A DNA stretch of 64,000 nucleotides from an uncultured Candidatus Saccharibacteria bacterium (GTDB lineage Bacteria; Patescibacteriota; Saccharimonadia; Saccharimonadales; JACQNP01). Shown in pieces: positions 44,737-53,009 of the stretch. The notes below the pieces were generated by a model that did no database searches, was not told the origin of the DNA, and saw only the letters and a list, made by a program, of their open reading frames with translations. Location: assembly GCA_964610775.1 (NCBI GenBank), contig CAZSZC010000001.1, positions 60,017 through 124,016 of the forward strand, given 5' to 3'. Both the position numbers and the translations under genes were made by a program. Positions within the stretch are counted from its first letter, which is position 1, and each line of letters begins with the position of its first letter.

Positions 44737-45126
44737 ATGCAAAAACTTCTACTAATCGAGCCCGATTTCGTACTCGGAAGAATATACACTAAAGCACTAA
44801 CAGATCATGGCTACGATACTACTACGGTTAAAGGCGCTCAGACGGCTATATCTGTCTTAGATAAAATGGATGACTTCGCAATGATAATTCTAGAAATTCA
44901 ATTGGTTGATCACGGTGGCGTGGAGTTCATATATGAACTTCGATCTTACAAGGAGTGGCAAAATTTACCAATAATAATACATACAATGGTTCCACTATCT
45001 AGTTTGCAATTTCCTAAAAATTTTTATGATAATTTCGGGGTAGTAGAATATTTATATAAGCCATCAACATCCATAGATAAGCTACTGAACACAGTAGATA
45101 GTAAATTAGCAGTCAATACAAAATGA
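44737..45126 (+). CDS. Receiver-domain-like protein with Glu at the phospho-acceptor position (pseudo-receiver)
   Basis: KLLLIEPDF / FAMIILEIQL (E53 where Asp is expected) / IIIHTMV / YLYKPS follow the REC fold pattern. The ATG is 1 nt after the upstream stop, and its own stop overlaps the recO ATG. Confidence 0.55.
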   Translation: MQKLLLIEPDFVLGRIYTKALTDHGYDTTTVKGAQTAISVLDKMDDFAMIILEIQLVDHGGVEFIYELRSYKEWQNLPIIIHTMVPLSSLQFPKNFYDNFGVVEYLYKPSTSIDKLLNTVDSKLAVNTK

Positions 45127-45809
45127 ACCACATAACTACAATGGGCGTGGTTCTTCGTCGCGTCAACTATCAAGAAGCTGATCGCATTGTTAGGCTGATA
45201 ACACCCGATCACGGTAAAATTTCTTTGATAGCTAAAGGAGCGCGGCGCACTAAATCGAAACTTGCTGGTGGTATAGAATTATTTTCAGTTAACGATATAA
45301 CTTTCATTAAGGGTAAATCAGAAATATTTACGCTCGTATCAAGTCGCGGAGCTAATCATTTCCAAAACATCCTAAAAGATTTGGAAAGGACTAAAACCGG
45401 CTTTGAATTTATAAAGAGAATTGATAAGTTGGTAGAAGATAATGCTGGCGGAGAATATTTTCAAATCTTGGCGAACGCTTTTGAGGGGCTAGATCGCAAC
45501 GATATTTCAAGTCAACTAGTTGAAGCGTGGTTCCTAATGAAAATTTTTGATAGTAGTGGACACGGGATTGAGCTTGATTTTGATGCTGATAGTAAGGGGC
45601 TGAAGGGTGGCTCGTCATATGATTTTGACCATGACACCATGGCATTCTATTCATCTCAGAATGGGGTGTTTAGCGAACAGCACATCAAGCTAATGAGGCT
45701 ACTACGTAGCTCGGTCAGTCCATTAAGATTGGTTAGCGTGCAGGGTGTTGATGATTATGTTATCGAATGTGTCCAGCTCTGTCGGAGTATTGATAAATTC
45801 CGAACATAA
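45123..45809 (+). CDS. recO: DNA repair protein RecO
   Basis: GVVLRRVNYQEADRIVRLITPDHGKISLIAKGARR.KSKLAGG.ELFS is the RecO N-terminal OB fold. Confidence 0.8.
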   Translation: MNHITTMGVVLRRVNYQEADRIVRLITPDHGKISLIAKGARRTKSKLAGGIELFSVNDITFIKGKSEIFTLVSSRGANHFQNILKDLERTKTGFEFIKRIDKLVEDNAGGEYFQILANAFEGLDRNDISSQLVEAWFLMKIFDSSGHGIELDFDADSKGLKGGSSYDFDHDTMAFYSSQNGVFSEQHIKLMRLLRSSVSPLRLVSVQGVDDYVIECVQLCRSIDKFRT

Positions 45810-45852
45810 ACCATTGCTTTATAATAGTACTTATGTTAAAATATATAAGATT

Positions 45853-46422
45853 ATGAACAGATTTGCTAGGAATGTGCTTTTGAGTGGTGGCGCTGTTGCT
45901 ACTGGCCTATTAGTAGGTGCAGGATTGTATGAATTCGGTGAACGTCCCGATTTGCCCATGGAAAGAATTCAGGATTGTACTAATAGTTTTGCAAATAAAG
46001 ACAGAGCCAGTGATATTCCAAAAGAATGCCAGGGGTTTAATCGGATATTTGAATACCATACCGAGCCAGTTGACGTTATTAATAGCAATAATGGACAGCA
46101 CGAAGTTGCTGACGGTAAATTTTACTGGATTTTACCTAAACCAGAAGTGTTCGTAGGCAGAGCAAATGAAGTTAATGAACAAGATCAGAGGACGAAGTTA
46201 CTTCGTGTGCTCGCATGTGGTGCTATTGGTGTTGCGGTGACTACTGGATTAAATTATCAAATTTGGCGTGGCAAATCTTGTACTGGTGGGGGGCAAGTTG
46301 ATGAGAGTGGTAAAGCAGAACTTACATCTTTTGATATGTCCACAAACACGACTAAGCCAGATTTAGGTACGGAAATAAATCTAGCAGAGCCCACATCACA
46401 GCATGAGCGCGTATCTATATAA
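45853..46422 (+). CDS. Hypothetical two-TM protein, tandem paralog 1
   Basis: ATG 45853 is preferred; the track ORF start 45745 overlaps recO. It has an N-terminal TM, an exposed domain with two Cys (IQDC...PKEC), and a C-terminal TM. Confidence 0.45.
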   Translation: MNRFARNVLLSGGAVATGLLVGAGLYEFGERPDLPMERIQDCTNSFANKDRASDIPKECQGFNRIFEYHTEPVDVINSNNGQHEVADGKFYWILPKPEVFVGRANEVNEQDQRTKLLRVLACGAIGVAVTTGLNYQIWRGKSCTGGGQVDESGKAELTSFDMSTNTTKPDLGTEINLAEPTSQHERVSI

Positions 46423-46481
46423 AAATTGCGAACCAATTCTGCTATAATGCTCTCTTAATATCGATAATAAGGAGAGAATAA

Positions 46482-46940
46482 TTGAGAAAAGCTAAACGTT
46501 TTGCGATTTGTGCTGGAGCTGCAATGACTGCGCCGCTGGCCTTATATGCTGGTTTTGAGATATACGAGGCAAACGATAATCATGATATACAGCGATGCGC
46601 TGATGCGCTTGGCGATATTGCTACTGTTGCGGCTCAACCTCCAGAGGATTGTAAACCTAATGAGGCGGATGAATATAATGGCTTCGTGTATCATGTTTCA
46701 ACAACCAAAAACTCTGGTGCTGAAGTTACGACTGCGTATTATGACATCCCATCGTCAGGTGACTACATAAGCAAAGCTACTACTCCAGAATATGAAAATA
46801 TGAGACCACCACTTAGTGAAAAAGAAACTTATATGTATCTGGCGATTGCAACTATGGCGGGTGCTGCAGCTATGGTTTTAACAAGAGGTCGTGAAACTAT
46901 TTTGTGGCAAGCCGAACAGCAGGACACGATATCCATATAA
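46482..46940 (+). CDS. Hypothetical two-TM protein, tandem paralog 2
   Basis: TTG start 9 nt after AAGGAGAG, with TGCTATAAT upstream. Same layout as the previous gene: N-terminal TM, IQRC...PEDC, C-terminal TM. Confidence 0.45.
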   Translation: MRKAKRFAICAGAAMTAPLALYAGFEIYEANDNHDIQRCADALGDIATVAAQPPEDCKPNEADEYNGFVYHVSTTKNSGAEVTTAYYDIPSSGDYISKATTPEYENMRPPLSEKETYMYLAIATMAGAAAMVLTRGRETILWQAEQQDTISI

Positions 46941-46994
46941 GCTTAGGTTCATACGCATTGGAATACTACTTTAAAGCAGTTATACTACTCTAAT

Positions 46995-48299
46995 ATGAGT
47001 GATAAAAAAACAGTTTCTATGGAAGATATTGTTTCTCTCTGCAAGCGACGTGGTTTTATATTTCAGGGCTCAGAAATCTATGGTGGTCTAGCCGGAACAT
47101 GGGACTACGGCCCACTGGGCCTAGCGCTTAAAAAGAACATCATGGATTTGTGGTGGAAGACGTTCGTTGATGACCGTGAAGATATGTATGGTGTCGATGC
47201 CGCTATATTAATGAATCAAAAAGTATGGCAGGCAAGTGGGCATGTCGACACTTTTACTGATCCACTTGTTGAGTGTAGTGAGTGTAAGTCTAGGTTTCGT
47301 GAAGACCAAATAGATACATCAAAATGTCCGACCTGTGGCAAGTCTGGCTCTTTCAGCGAAGCGCGCCAGTTCAACATGATGTTTAAAACTAATGTTGGTC
47401 CGGTTGACGATGAGTCTAGTATTAGTTATTTGCGACCCGAAACCGCACAGGGTATTTTTACAAACTTTAAAAATGTAGTAGATGTATTCTATCCGGATTT
47501 ACCATTTGGTATTGCGCAGCAGGGTAAAGCTTTTAGAAACGAAATTTCACCGCGTGATTTTGTGTTTCGTTCGCGTGAATTTGAGCAAATGGAGATAGAA
47601 TATTTTGTTCAACCCGAGTATTGGGAGAAACTGTTCGAACAGTGGCGAGATGATATAAAATCATTCCTTGAACAACTTGGTTTACCTGAAAATAGAGTGC
47701 ATGAGTTAGAGGTTCCAGAAAACGATCGTGCCCACTATAGCAAGCGCACAATAGACTTTGAGTTCGATTTCCCAATTGGTCGTAAGGAGTTACTAGGCTT
47801 AGCTTATAGAACCGATTTTGATCTTATGAATATTCAGAATGCTAGCGGCAAAAGCATGGAGTATACAGTTAAAGGCACGACGGATAAGTTTGTGCCACAT
47901 GTTATAGAACCAAGCTTTGGCGTCGAACGTGCAATCATGGCTGTACTTACGAGCGCTTATACTGAGGACGAGGTTAATAACGAAAAGCGTGTTTATCTAA
48001 GACTTCCAGCTCACCTCGCTCCAGTGAAAGTTGCTGTTTCACCACTACTAAAGAATAAGCCAGAACTAGTTGATAAGGCGAGGGAAGTTTATTCTACTCT
48101 TAAAAAAGAATTCGGTAATGTCATGTGGGACGACAATGGTAATATTGGTAAACGCTATCGCCGGCAGGATGAAATCGGAACACCATATTGTGTAGTTATT
48201 GATTTCGATACACTCGATGATGAAACGGTTACGGTTCGTGATAGAGATACCACAGAGCAAAAAAGAGTAAGTATTTCCAATCTAGTAAGCTCAATCTAA
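46995..48299 (+). CDS. glyQS: Glycyl-tRNA synthetase (alpha2 dimeric type)
   Basis: L.KRRGFIFQGSEIYGGLAGTWDYGPLG..LK.N, FRNEISPR.F.FR.REFEQME.E.F, and PSFG.ER. Confidence 0.9.
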   Translation: MSDKKTVSMEDIVSLCKRRGFIFQGSEIYGGLAGTWDYGPLGLALKKNIMDLWWKTFVDDREDMYGVDAAILMNQKVWQASGHVDTFTDPLVECSECKSRFREDQIDTSKCPTCGKSGSFSEARQFNMMFKTNVGPVDDESSISYLRPETAQGIFTNFKNVVDVFYPDLPFGIAQQGKAFRNEISPRDFVFRSREFEQMEIEYFVQPEYWEKLFEQWRDDIKSFLEQLGLPENRVHELEVPENDRAHYSKRTIDFEFDFPIGRKELLGLAYRTDFDLMNIQNASGKSMEYTVKGTTDKFVPHVIEPSFGVERAIMAVLTSAYTEDEVNNEKRVYLRLPAHLAPVKVAVSPLLKNKPELVDKAREVYSTLKKEFGNVMWDDNGNIGKRYRRQDEIGTPYCVVIDFDTLDDETVTVRDRDTTEQKRVSISNLVSSI

Positions 48300-48379
48300 A
48301 GCGTGGCGCAGGCGCTAGTCTTGACAACACATTGTATTAGTAGTATTGTAGATTTGTTAGTAAATAAATAAAAACAAAA

Positions 48380-48697
48380 ATGACAAGCACTAAACAGCAA
48401 CCTGATATATTCGGGCCCATTTATAAACTGTCATATATGGTGAATCAGATTGAACAGCGAGATGAAACCGGTGGTGTATTTCCGCGTGAAGTTGTTGAAC
48501 CGGTTCTAGGTCGCGCTACAAAGACTGCCGAGAGACTAGGTGATGTTACATCGAGTGCATTCATTGAATTATTAAACAAAGACTGTACAGAGAATAATGG
48601 TAATGAACCGTTAGTTTTTTCTACGGTTGTGGCTAAAGCGGTCATTGAACTAGCGATGCAGGATATTGGTCAACAGATTCAGAAAAAACCACAATAG
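48380..48697 (+). CDS. Hypothetical protein (105 aa)
   Basis: ATG is directly preceded by AAAAACAAAA. TTGACA-17-TATTGT lies at 48321-48349. No motif. Confidence 0.35.
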   Translation: MTSTKQQPDIFGPIYKLSYMVNQIEQRDETGGVFPREVVEPVLGRATKTAERLGDVTSSAFIELLNKDCTENNGNEPLVFSTVVAKAVIELAMQDIGQQIQKKPQ

Positions 48698-49153
48698 CTA
48701 AACTCGTGGCTGTGGAAAGCGAGCAAGATATAGTAGTGAGCGTCCGTATTTATCGATAGTTTCTATTCGTTTAAGTGACGGATTATCTAGTCCCGTCAGG
48801 TCAAGATTATCAAACAAATCAGCTTTCTTGACGGCTCTTGATCGTGCATTAACTGCCAGTCTCTGAATATATTGATCATAATCTGCGCCATTCACTTTGG
48901 TAAGTAGTTCAAGTGGAAAGATTATTTGATCGTCAAAGCCGTTTTGTCTTAGATCCTCAAATGTAAGGTTCCCGTCACTGTCTTCAATAGCGTCGTGTAG
49001 TACCGCGACCATTTGTGTTTCGACTGAATGACCTTGCGCCGCAATTGTCCCCATGACTCGGAGCGGGTGGTTGATGTACGCGCTGCCATCAAACCGAGTT
49101 TGACCCTCGTGAATATTAGTTGCTATTTCAATGGCTCGTTCTAAGGTTGCCAT
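48698..49153 (-). CDS. HD-domain hydrolase of the RelA/SpoT (p)ppGpp-hydrolase type (small alarmone hydrolase-like)
   Basis: A..IA...H.GQ.R.DG..YI.HPLRV...........AVLHDAIEDS. ATG 49153 has the SD AAAGGA; the track start at 49204 is less likely. Confidence 0.7.
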   Translation of the reverse strand: MATLERAIEIATNIHEGQTRFDGSAYINHPLRVMGTIAAQGHSVETQMVAVLHDAIEDSDGNLTFEDLRQNGFDDQIIFPLELLTKVNGADYDQYIQRLAVNARSRAVKKADLFDNLDLTGLDNPSLKRIETIDKYGRSLLYLARFPQPRV

Positions 49154-49282
49154 GATCTCGTCCTTTCTGTTCGTGAGAAACAAAAAACGGCTTCTCACAA
49201 ACAACTGATTAATAACGTTGTTTGTGAAGTAACCGCATTGGACGAATCCGTTCGGATTCCGCTGATCCTACTTCCATATTTA

Positions 49283-49310
49283 ATTATGTGCAGTTATTAG
49301 AAAAATGCAA
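49283..49310 (-). promoter_or_regulatory. Sigma-70-type promoter (minus strand) for the HD hydrolase gene
   Basis: On the minus strand: TTGCAT (49310-49305), a 16-nt spacer, then CATAAT (49288-49283). It sits just downstream of the NUDIX stop. Confidence 0.5.
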
Positions 49311-49314
49311 GAGT

Positions 49315-49761
49315 CTAAAGGTAGCTAAATATTTTTGTGGGCCGGGAGTCTAGATTTATAAACTTTTCTGTCATCAGAAAGGTTGGTTTAATCTGTGTTT
49401 CAGTCGGATCAACAAAAGCAAACTCCTCAATTTCTTCTTCGCCATGTGTTGTAAGTGACAAATCAATATGTAAATAGTCTTGGTTGTTCGTAATATGAAA
49501 GAATAGCTCTAATTGCTCATTTCCTGTATCTTGTTCTTTAAATTGTTGGACGTATAGCAGGTTGCCGATAATTGGTTTTACGCCAGTTTCTTCAATAAGC
49601 TCTCTTGAAAGAGCATCTATGATTGATTCACCATTGTCCATTCCTCCGCCGGGTGTGCACCAGTAATATTCACGCGATTTTCGGTTGTAGGGTTTATGTC
49701 TTAGACAGAATAGTTTTCCGTCATGGACGATAATTCCACGTACTGCAATTCGTATTTTCAT
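49315..49761 (-). CDS. NUDIX hydrolase
   Basis: Nudix box GGGMDNGESIIDALSRELIEETGV (G.5E.7REUxEExGU). Confidence 0.85.
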   Translation of the reverse strand: MKIRIAVRGIIVHDGKLFCLRHKPYNRKSREYYWCTPGGGMDNGESIIDALSRELIEETGVKPIIGNLLYVQQFKEQDTGNEQLELFFHITNNQDYLHIDLSLTTHGEEEIEEFAFVDPTETQIKPTFLMTEKFINLDSRPTKIFSYL

Positions 49762-49849
49762 ATGATAATACTATCATTTAATCTTAACTTAGATTAGTGT
49801 GTTACTGCTTGTGCTTGCATATGTCTTTGGTGCGTCATAATGTGTATTA

Positions 49850-50329
49850 ATGGAATATGTATTGTTTGATCCAATTGATTTGCGAGAAATTGAAAGCATG
49901 GCGGAGTCTGCTGCGACTATTTTTCATACGATGCCAGAGGAGTTTTATTACGATAGTAATTTGTCCAGTACTATAATCGAACCTATTAAAATACGATCAG
50001 AGGAATTGCTTGGTCCTTGGGCTTGCAGAGTGATAACAACTACATCTATAGGTTGTAACATTGATGGCGTTACAGATCACATAAATGGTGAGGATTGGGC
50101 ATCATTTTTTGGTCATTGGGTTGATGTTGATGTTCATGTATTCCCGAGCGTAGAGTCTAGTCCACTGACTCAAGATTTGGATGGCAAGATTGTGCCTAGT
50201 TTGGTATTTGAGACATTTGATGATAATAAATTTGACGGTACCATTGCTCAAACATACCTACATGTAGCTGTTCCTCTTCTGGGTACGCTAGTAGATATAC
50301 AACGTTATGGGATAGTCTACGGCGATTAG
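49850..50329 (+). CDS. Hypothetical acidic protein (159 aa)
   Basis: ATG ORF with CATAAT 8 nt upstream. No motif. Confidence 0.4.
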   Translation: MEYVLFDPIDLREIESMAESAATIFHTMPEEFYYDSNLSSTIIEPIKIRSEELLGPWACRVITTTSIGCNIDGVTDHINGEDWASFFGHWVDVDVHVFPSVESSPLTQDLDGKIVPSLVFETFDDNKFDGTIAQTYLHVAVPLLGTLVDIQRYGIVYGD

Positions 50330-50371
50330 TTATAAATAACTAGCGTATCTTGCTTTGCTACAATTGAGTTG

Positions 50372-50611
50372 ATGAGAATAATAGAAGTACGCGTTAAGCC
50401 AAGTAGTAAAGTTGGAACATTGGTACAGCCAGCACTAGACGGTACGTTTTTAGTCTTTGTACGCGAACCGGCAAAAGATGGCATGGCAAATACGGCAGTT
50501 CGAGATGCACTGGCAAGTTATTTTGAAGTCCCAAAAACTAGTGTCCAGATGACAGCCGGTCGTACCTCTAGGTTTAAGAGATTTAAGATATCAACGAATG
50601 TTGGTTATTAA
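50372..50611 (+). CDS. DUF167 (YggU-like) protein
   Basis: I.V.VKP.S........DG.....V...P..G.AN.A....LA..F.V.K..V....G..SR.K matches my recollection of DUF167. Confidence 0.6.
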   Translation: MRIIEVRVKPSSKVGTLVQPALDGTFLVFVREPAKDGMANTAVRDALASYFEVPKTSVQMTAGRTSRFKRFKISTNVGY

Positions 50612-50643
50612 AACTGCTAGAATTAAACGGGAGGCACGATAAT

Positions 50644-50901
50644 ATGGGAAAACAATTTACGACTGACGAGGCAAAACAAATAGGTGATCAAATTGGGATT
50701 GATTGGAACAAGGTAAATATAAATGAATTTCGTCGCGGACTTGAAGTTGAGTTTGAGCATGGTAGTCAGTGGGGAGAAGAGACTAATATTACCAAAGATG
50801 ACCCAATACTTACTGGTCGAATCGCTTGGGCTCATCTAAAAGAAATAGCAGATTACTATACTCGTCTAGATAAAATGGAAGCCGAAGCAGAGGGAAGGTA
50901 G
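50644..50901 (+). CDS. Small conserved protein (DUF5661-like, tentative)
   Basis: EFRRGLEVEFEHG...T.DDP...GRIAWAHLKEIADYYTRL. SD GGGAGG upstream. Confidence 0.45.
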   Translation: MGKQFTTDEAKQIGDQIGIDWNKVNINEFRRGLEVEFEHGSQWGEETNITKDDPILTGRIAWAHLKEIADYYTRLDKMEAEAEGR

Positions 50902-50906
50902 GTTAG

Positions 50907-51446
50907 GTGAAAAAGTATGCGATATCTGGTACTAGCTGTAGTGGCAAAACAACTCTGATAAATGCCCTAAAAAACAGTGATCATACCATCGATATTGCAT
51001 ACGTTGACGAAGCTGGACGCAAGTTTTTTTCAGAAAATCCAATGACTGAGATTGAGCGATTTTTGCCGATTACACAAGAAAGAATTAGTAACTTGATAAT
51101 TTCTATGGAAACTGATGCTATGAAAAATAGCCCAGATCTAGTCATTTGCGACAATTCTGTTGTAGCGGCTGCCGTATACGCTGGCGTTCTTAACGGGCGG
51201 CATGAGGCAGATAGAATTATGGACTTGAATAGTGATTGGCTGAAAACATATCACAAATTTTTTGTCCTGAATCCTGACGATGTTGAGTTCAAGAATGACG
51301 ATGTGCGCTCAGAGTCATTAGAGTTTCGTAATCAGGCACATCAATTATTTATTGAAACATATAAAAGATATGGGCTTGATTTCGAAATTGTTAGCGGCAC
51401 TGTTCAACAACGATTAGATTTTATCGAAATACAACTAGGACTATAG
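50907..51446 (+). CDS. P-loop NTPase, AAA_28/NadR-kinase-like (possible nucleoside or ribosylnicotinamide kinase)
   Basis: Walker A ISGTSCSGKTTL. The size and layout resemble NadR C-terminal kinase-type proteins. GTG start. Confidence 0.55.
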   Translation: MKKYAISGTSCSGKTTLINALKNSDHTIDIAYVDEAGRKFFSENPMTEIERFLPITQERISNLIISMETDAMKNSPDLVICDNSVVAAAVYAGVLNGRHEADRIMDLNSDWLKTYHKFFVLNPDDVEFKNDDVRSESLEFRNQAHQLFIETYKRYGLDFEIVSGTVQQRLDFIEIQLGL

Positions 51447-51510
51447 ACAATCCGCTGGTGCTTGCCGTTAATAGTTGTTGGGTTTAGACTCAAATGTAAG
51501 GAGATAAAGT

Positions 51511-52425
51511 GTGATAGAAACAATTTTTGAGAGGTTTAGCGAGTTTAATACCAGTGTTATGTTAAGTGCAGAAGCATCGACGCATGGTGAAATTCTTAGA
51601 GATAAGATACGCTATGAGCAATACTGTTCGATAAGCGAGGGGCTGCCACATTCAGAACTTAGTGCCGATAGACAAATCGAAGTGTCTACTACATGGGAGG
51701 GAATACTCGACGCAGACGTCAATAATTTCCAGCATAACGTTGTTACGGCGCTGATTGGCCGTTGTGTATGTAAATTAGATGGCTGTAGCGATGAGGTTGC
51801 TGATACTGTGGAGTTATTGTCACTGGTGCACGATCTGCCAGAAGCCATATCCGGAGACCTTACATATGACGATGCACAGAAACTCGGTATCGATGGTCAT
51901 AGAAATGATAATAGGGCATTGGGGCAAATGCTTATTGAGGAAGACTTTCCGACTATAACTCCAGAAATTGCTGCAAAAATCGAAGACTACTTAAACGACT
52001 CTAAACAAAAACAACCGGAAACCGAAGTAGGGCAGGAGTTTGAAATAACTGAGCGTATAGGATATGTGCGCACGGCTCTCATAGCTCAAGATGTTGTGAA
52101 TAGTAGGTCTATTAATTTAATAGACAAAGACCAGGTTCATCGACTAGATTGGCTAACCGAAAATGTATTGTCAAACCAAATTCCTCGCCTGATTGAGTTA
52201 GCTTCTAGTTTTGAGAGTGCTAGATGGTTTTTGGAGGTTTGTGAAGAGCGAATCAGTGAAGCCATATTTAGGTTAAACGATGATAAAACTAGGTCTGAAA
52301 GGATTTCGCCTTACTACGAAGCTCGAGGTGATGATGTTAAATCTAGAGAATACAAATGGGATGATTTTATTGCTGCTTGGATTAATTATGACATGCAGAT
52401 TAACAGTGATATGGTACCGGCTTAA
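51511..52425 (+). CDS. HD-superfamily phosphohydrolase-like protein (YfbR/HD_3-like core, tentative)
   Basis: FQHNVVTA...LLSLVHDLPEAISGDLTYDD gives an H...HD..E..GD pattern. GTG start 7 nt after AAGGAGA. Confidence 0.45.
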   Translation: MIETIFERFSEFNTSVMLSAEASTHGEILRDKIRYEQYCSISEGLPHSELSADRQIEVSTTWEGILDADVNNFQHNVVTALIGRCVCKLDGCSDEVADTVELLSLVHDLPEAISGDLTYDDAQKLGIDGHRNDNRALGQMLIEEDFPTITPEIAAKIEDYLNDSKQKQPETEVGQEFEITERIGYVRTALIAQDVVNSRSINLIDKDQVHRLDWLTENVLSNQIPRLIELASSFESARWFLEVCEERISEAIFRLNDDKTRSERISPYYEARGDDVKSREYKWDDFIAAWINYDMQINSDMVPA

Positions 52426-52441
52426 TTGGGGCTAGTGTTTC

Positions 52442-52735
52442 ATGAAAGAGAAATTAAGCGAAGAGAATGAATTAGGTACTAGAGCGGTTATGTTGCCGGT
52501 TGAGGGTGGTAGTAACTTCCAAGACTGTAACCACTGTGATGAGAGAATTAAATTCATGAGTCCCGCATCACAAAAAGCATCAATACATCTTGCCGGAGTA
52601 ATTATTTGTAATGTTTATGAGAATGGTAAATGGGATCGGATTGAGCAGTTTCACCCTGATTGCTATAAAGAGGCAGGCAGACCTTTTGGCGAGATTAAGG
52701 ATAGGCCTCGTGCCTCAATGTTGACTGAAGATTAG
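52442..52735 (+). CDS. Hypothetical protein with putative Zn-ribbon Cys/His (97 aa)
   Basis: CNHC ... HPDC spacing. No family recognised. Confidence 0.35.
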   Translation: MKEKLSEENELGTRAVMLPVEGGSNFQDCNHCDERIKFMSPASQKASIHLAGVIICNVYENGKWDRIEQFHPDCYKEAGRPFGEIKDRPRASMLTED

Positions 52736-52790
52736 TCAACTTTAGTTGATTCGGGTGCTATGATAGAAGTAATTAAATGAGGTATTTGAT

Positions 52791-53009
52791 ATGATCGATA
52801 GCTGGGTTAATAACTACTGGTATCTGTTAGTTGCTTTGGCGATATGGGAATTAGTATGGAAGGGTATGGGTTTATGGAAGGCTGCCCAAAATAATGATAA
52901 AGCCTGGTTTGTTCTAATACTTATACTAAACACCGTAGGGATATTACCAATAGCTTATATTTATATATTTTCTAAAAGACATCCAGTATCCAGTGGAAAT
53001 GATAAGTAA
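52791..53009 (+). CDS. Small 2-TM protein (DUF5652-like)
   Basis: WELVWKGMGLWKAAQNNDKAWFV.ILILNTVGILPI matches my recollection of DUF5652. Confidence 0.5.
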   Translation: MIDSWVNNYWYLLVALAIWELVWKGMGLWKAAQNNDKAWFVLILILNTVGILPIAYIYIFSKRHPVSSGNDK

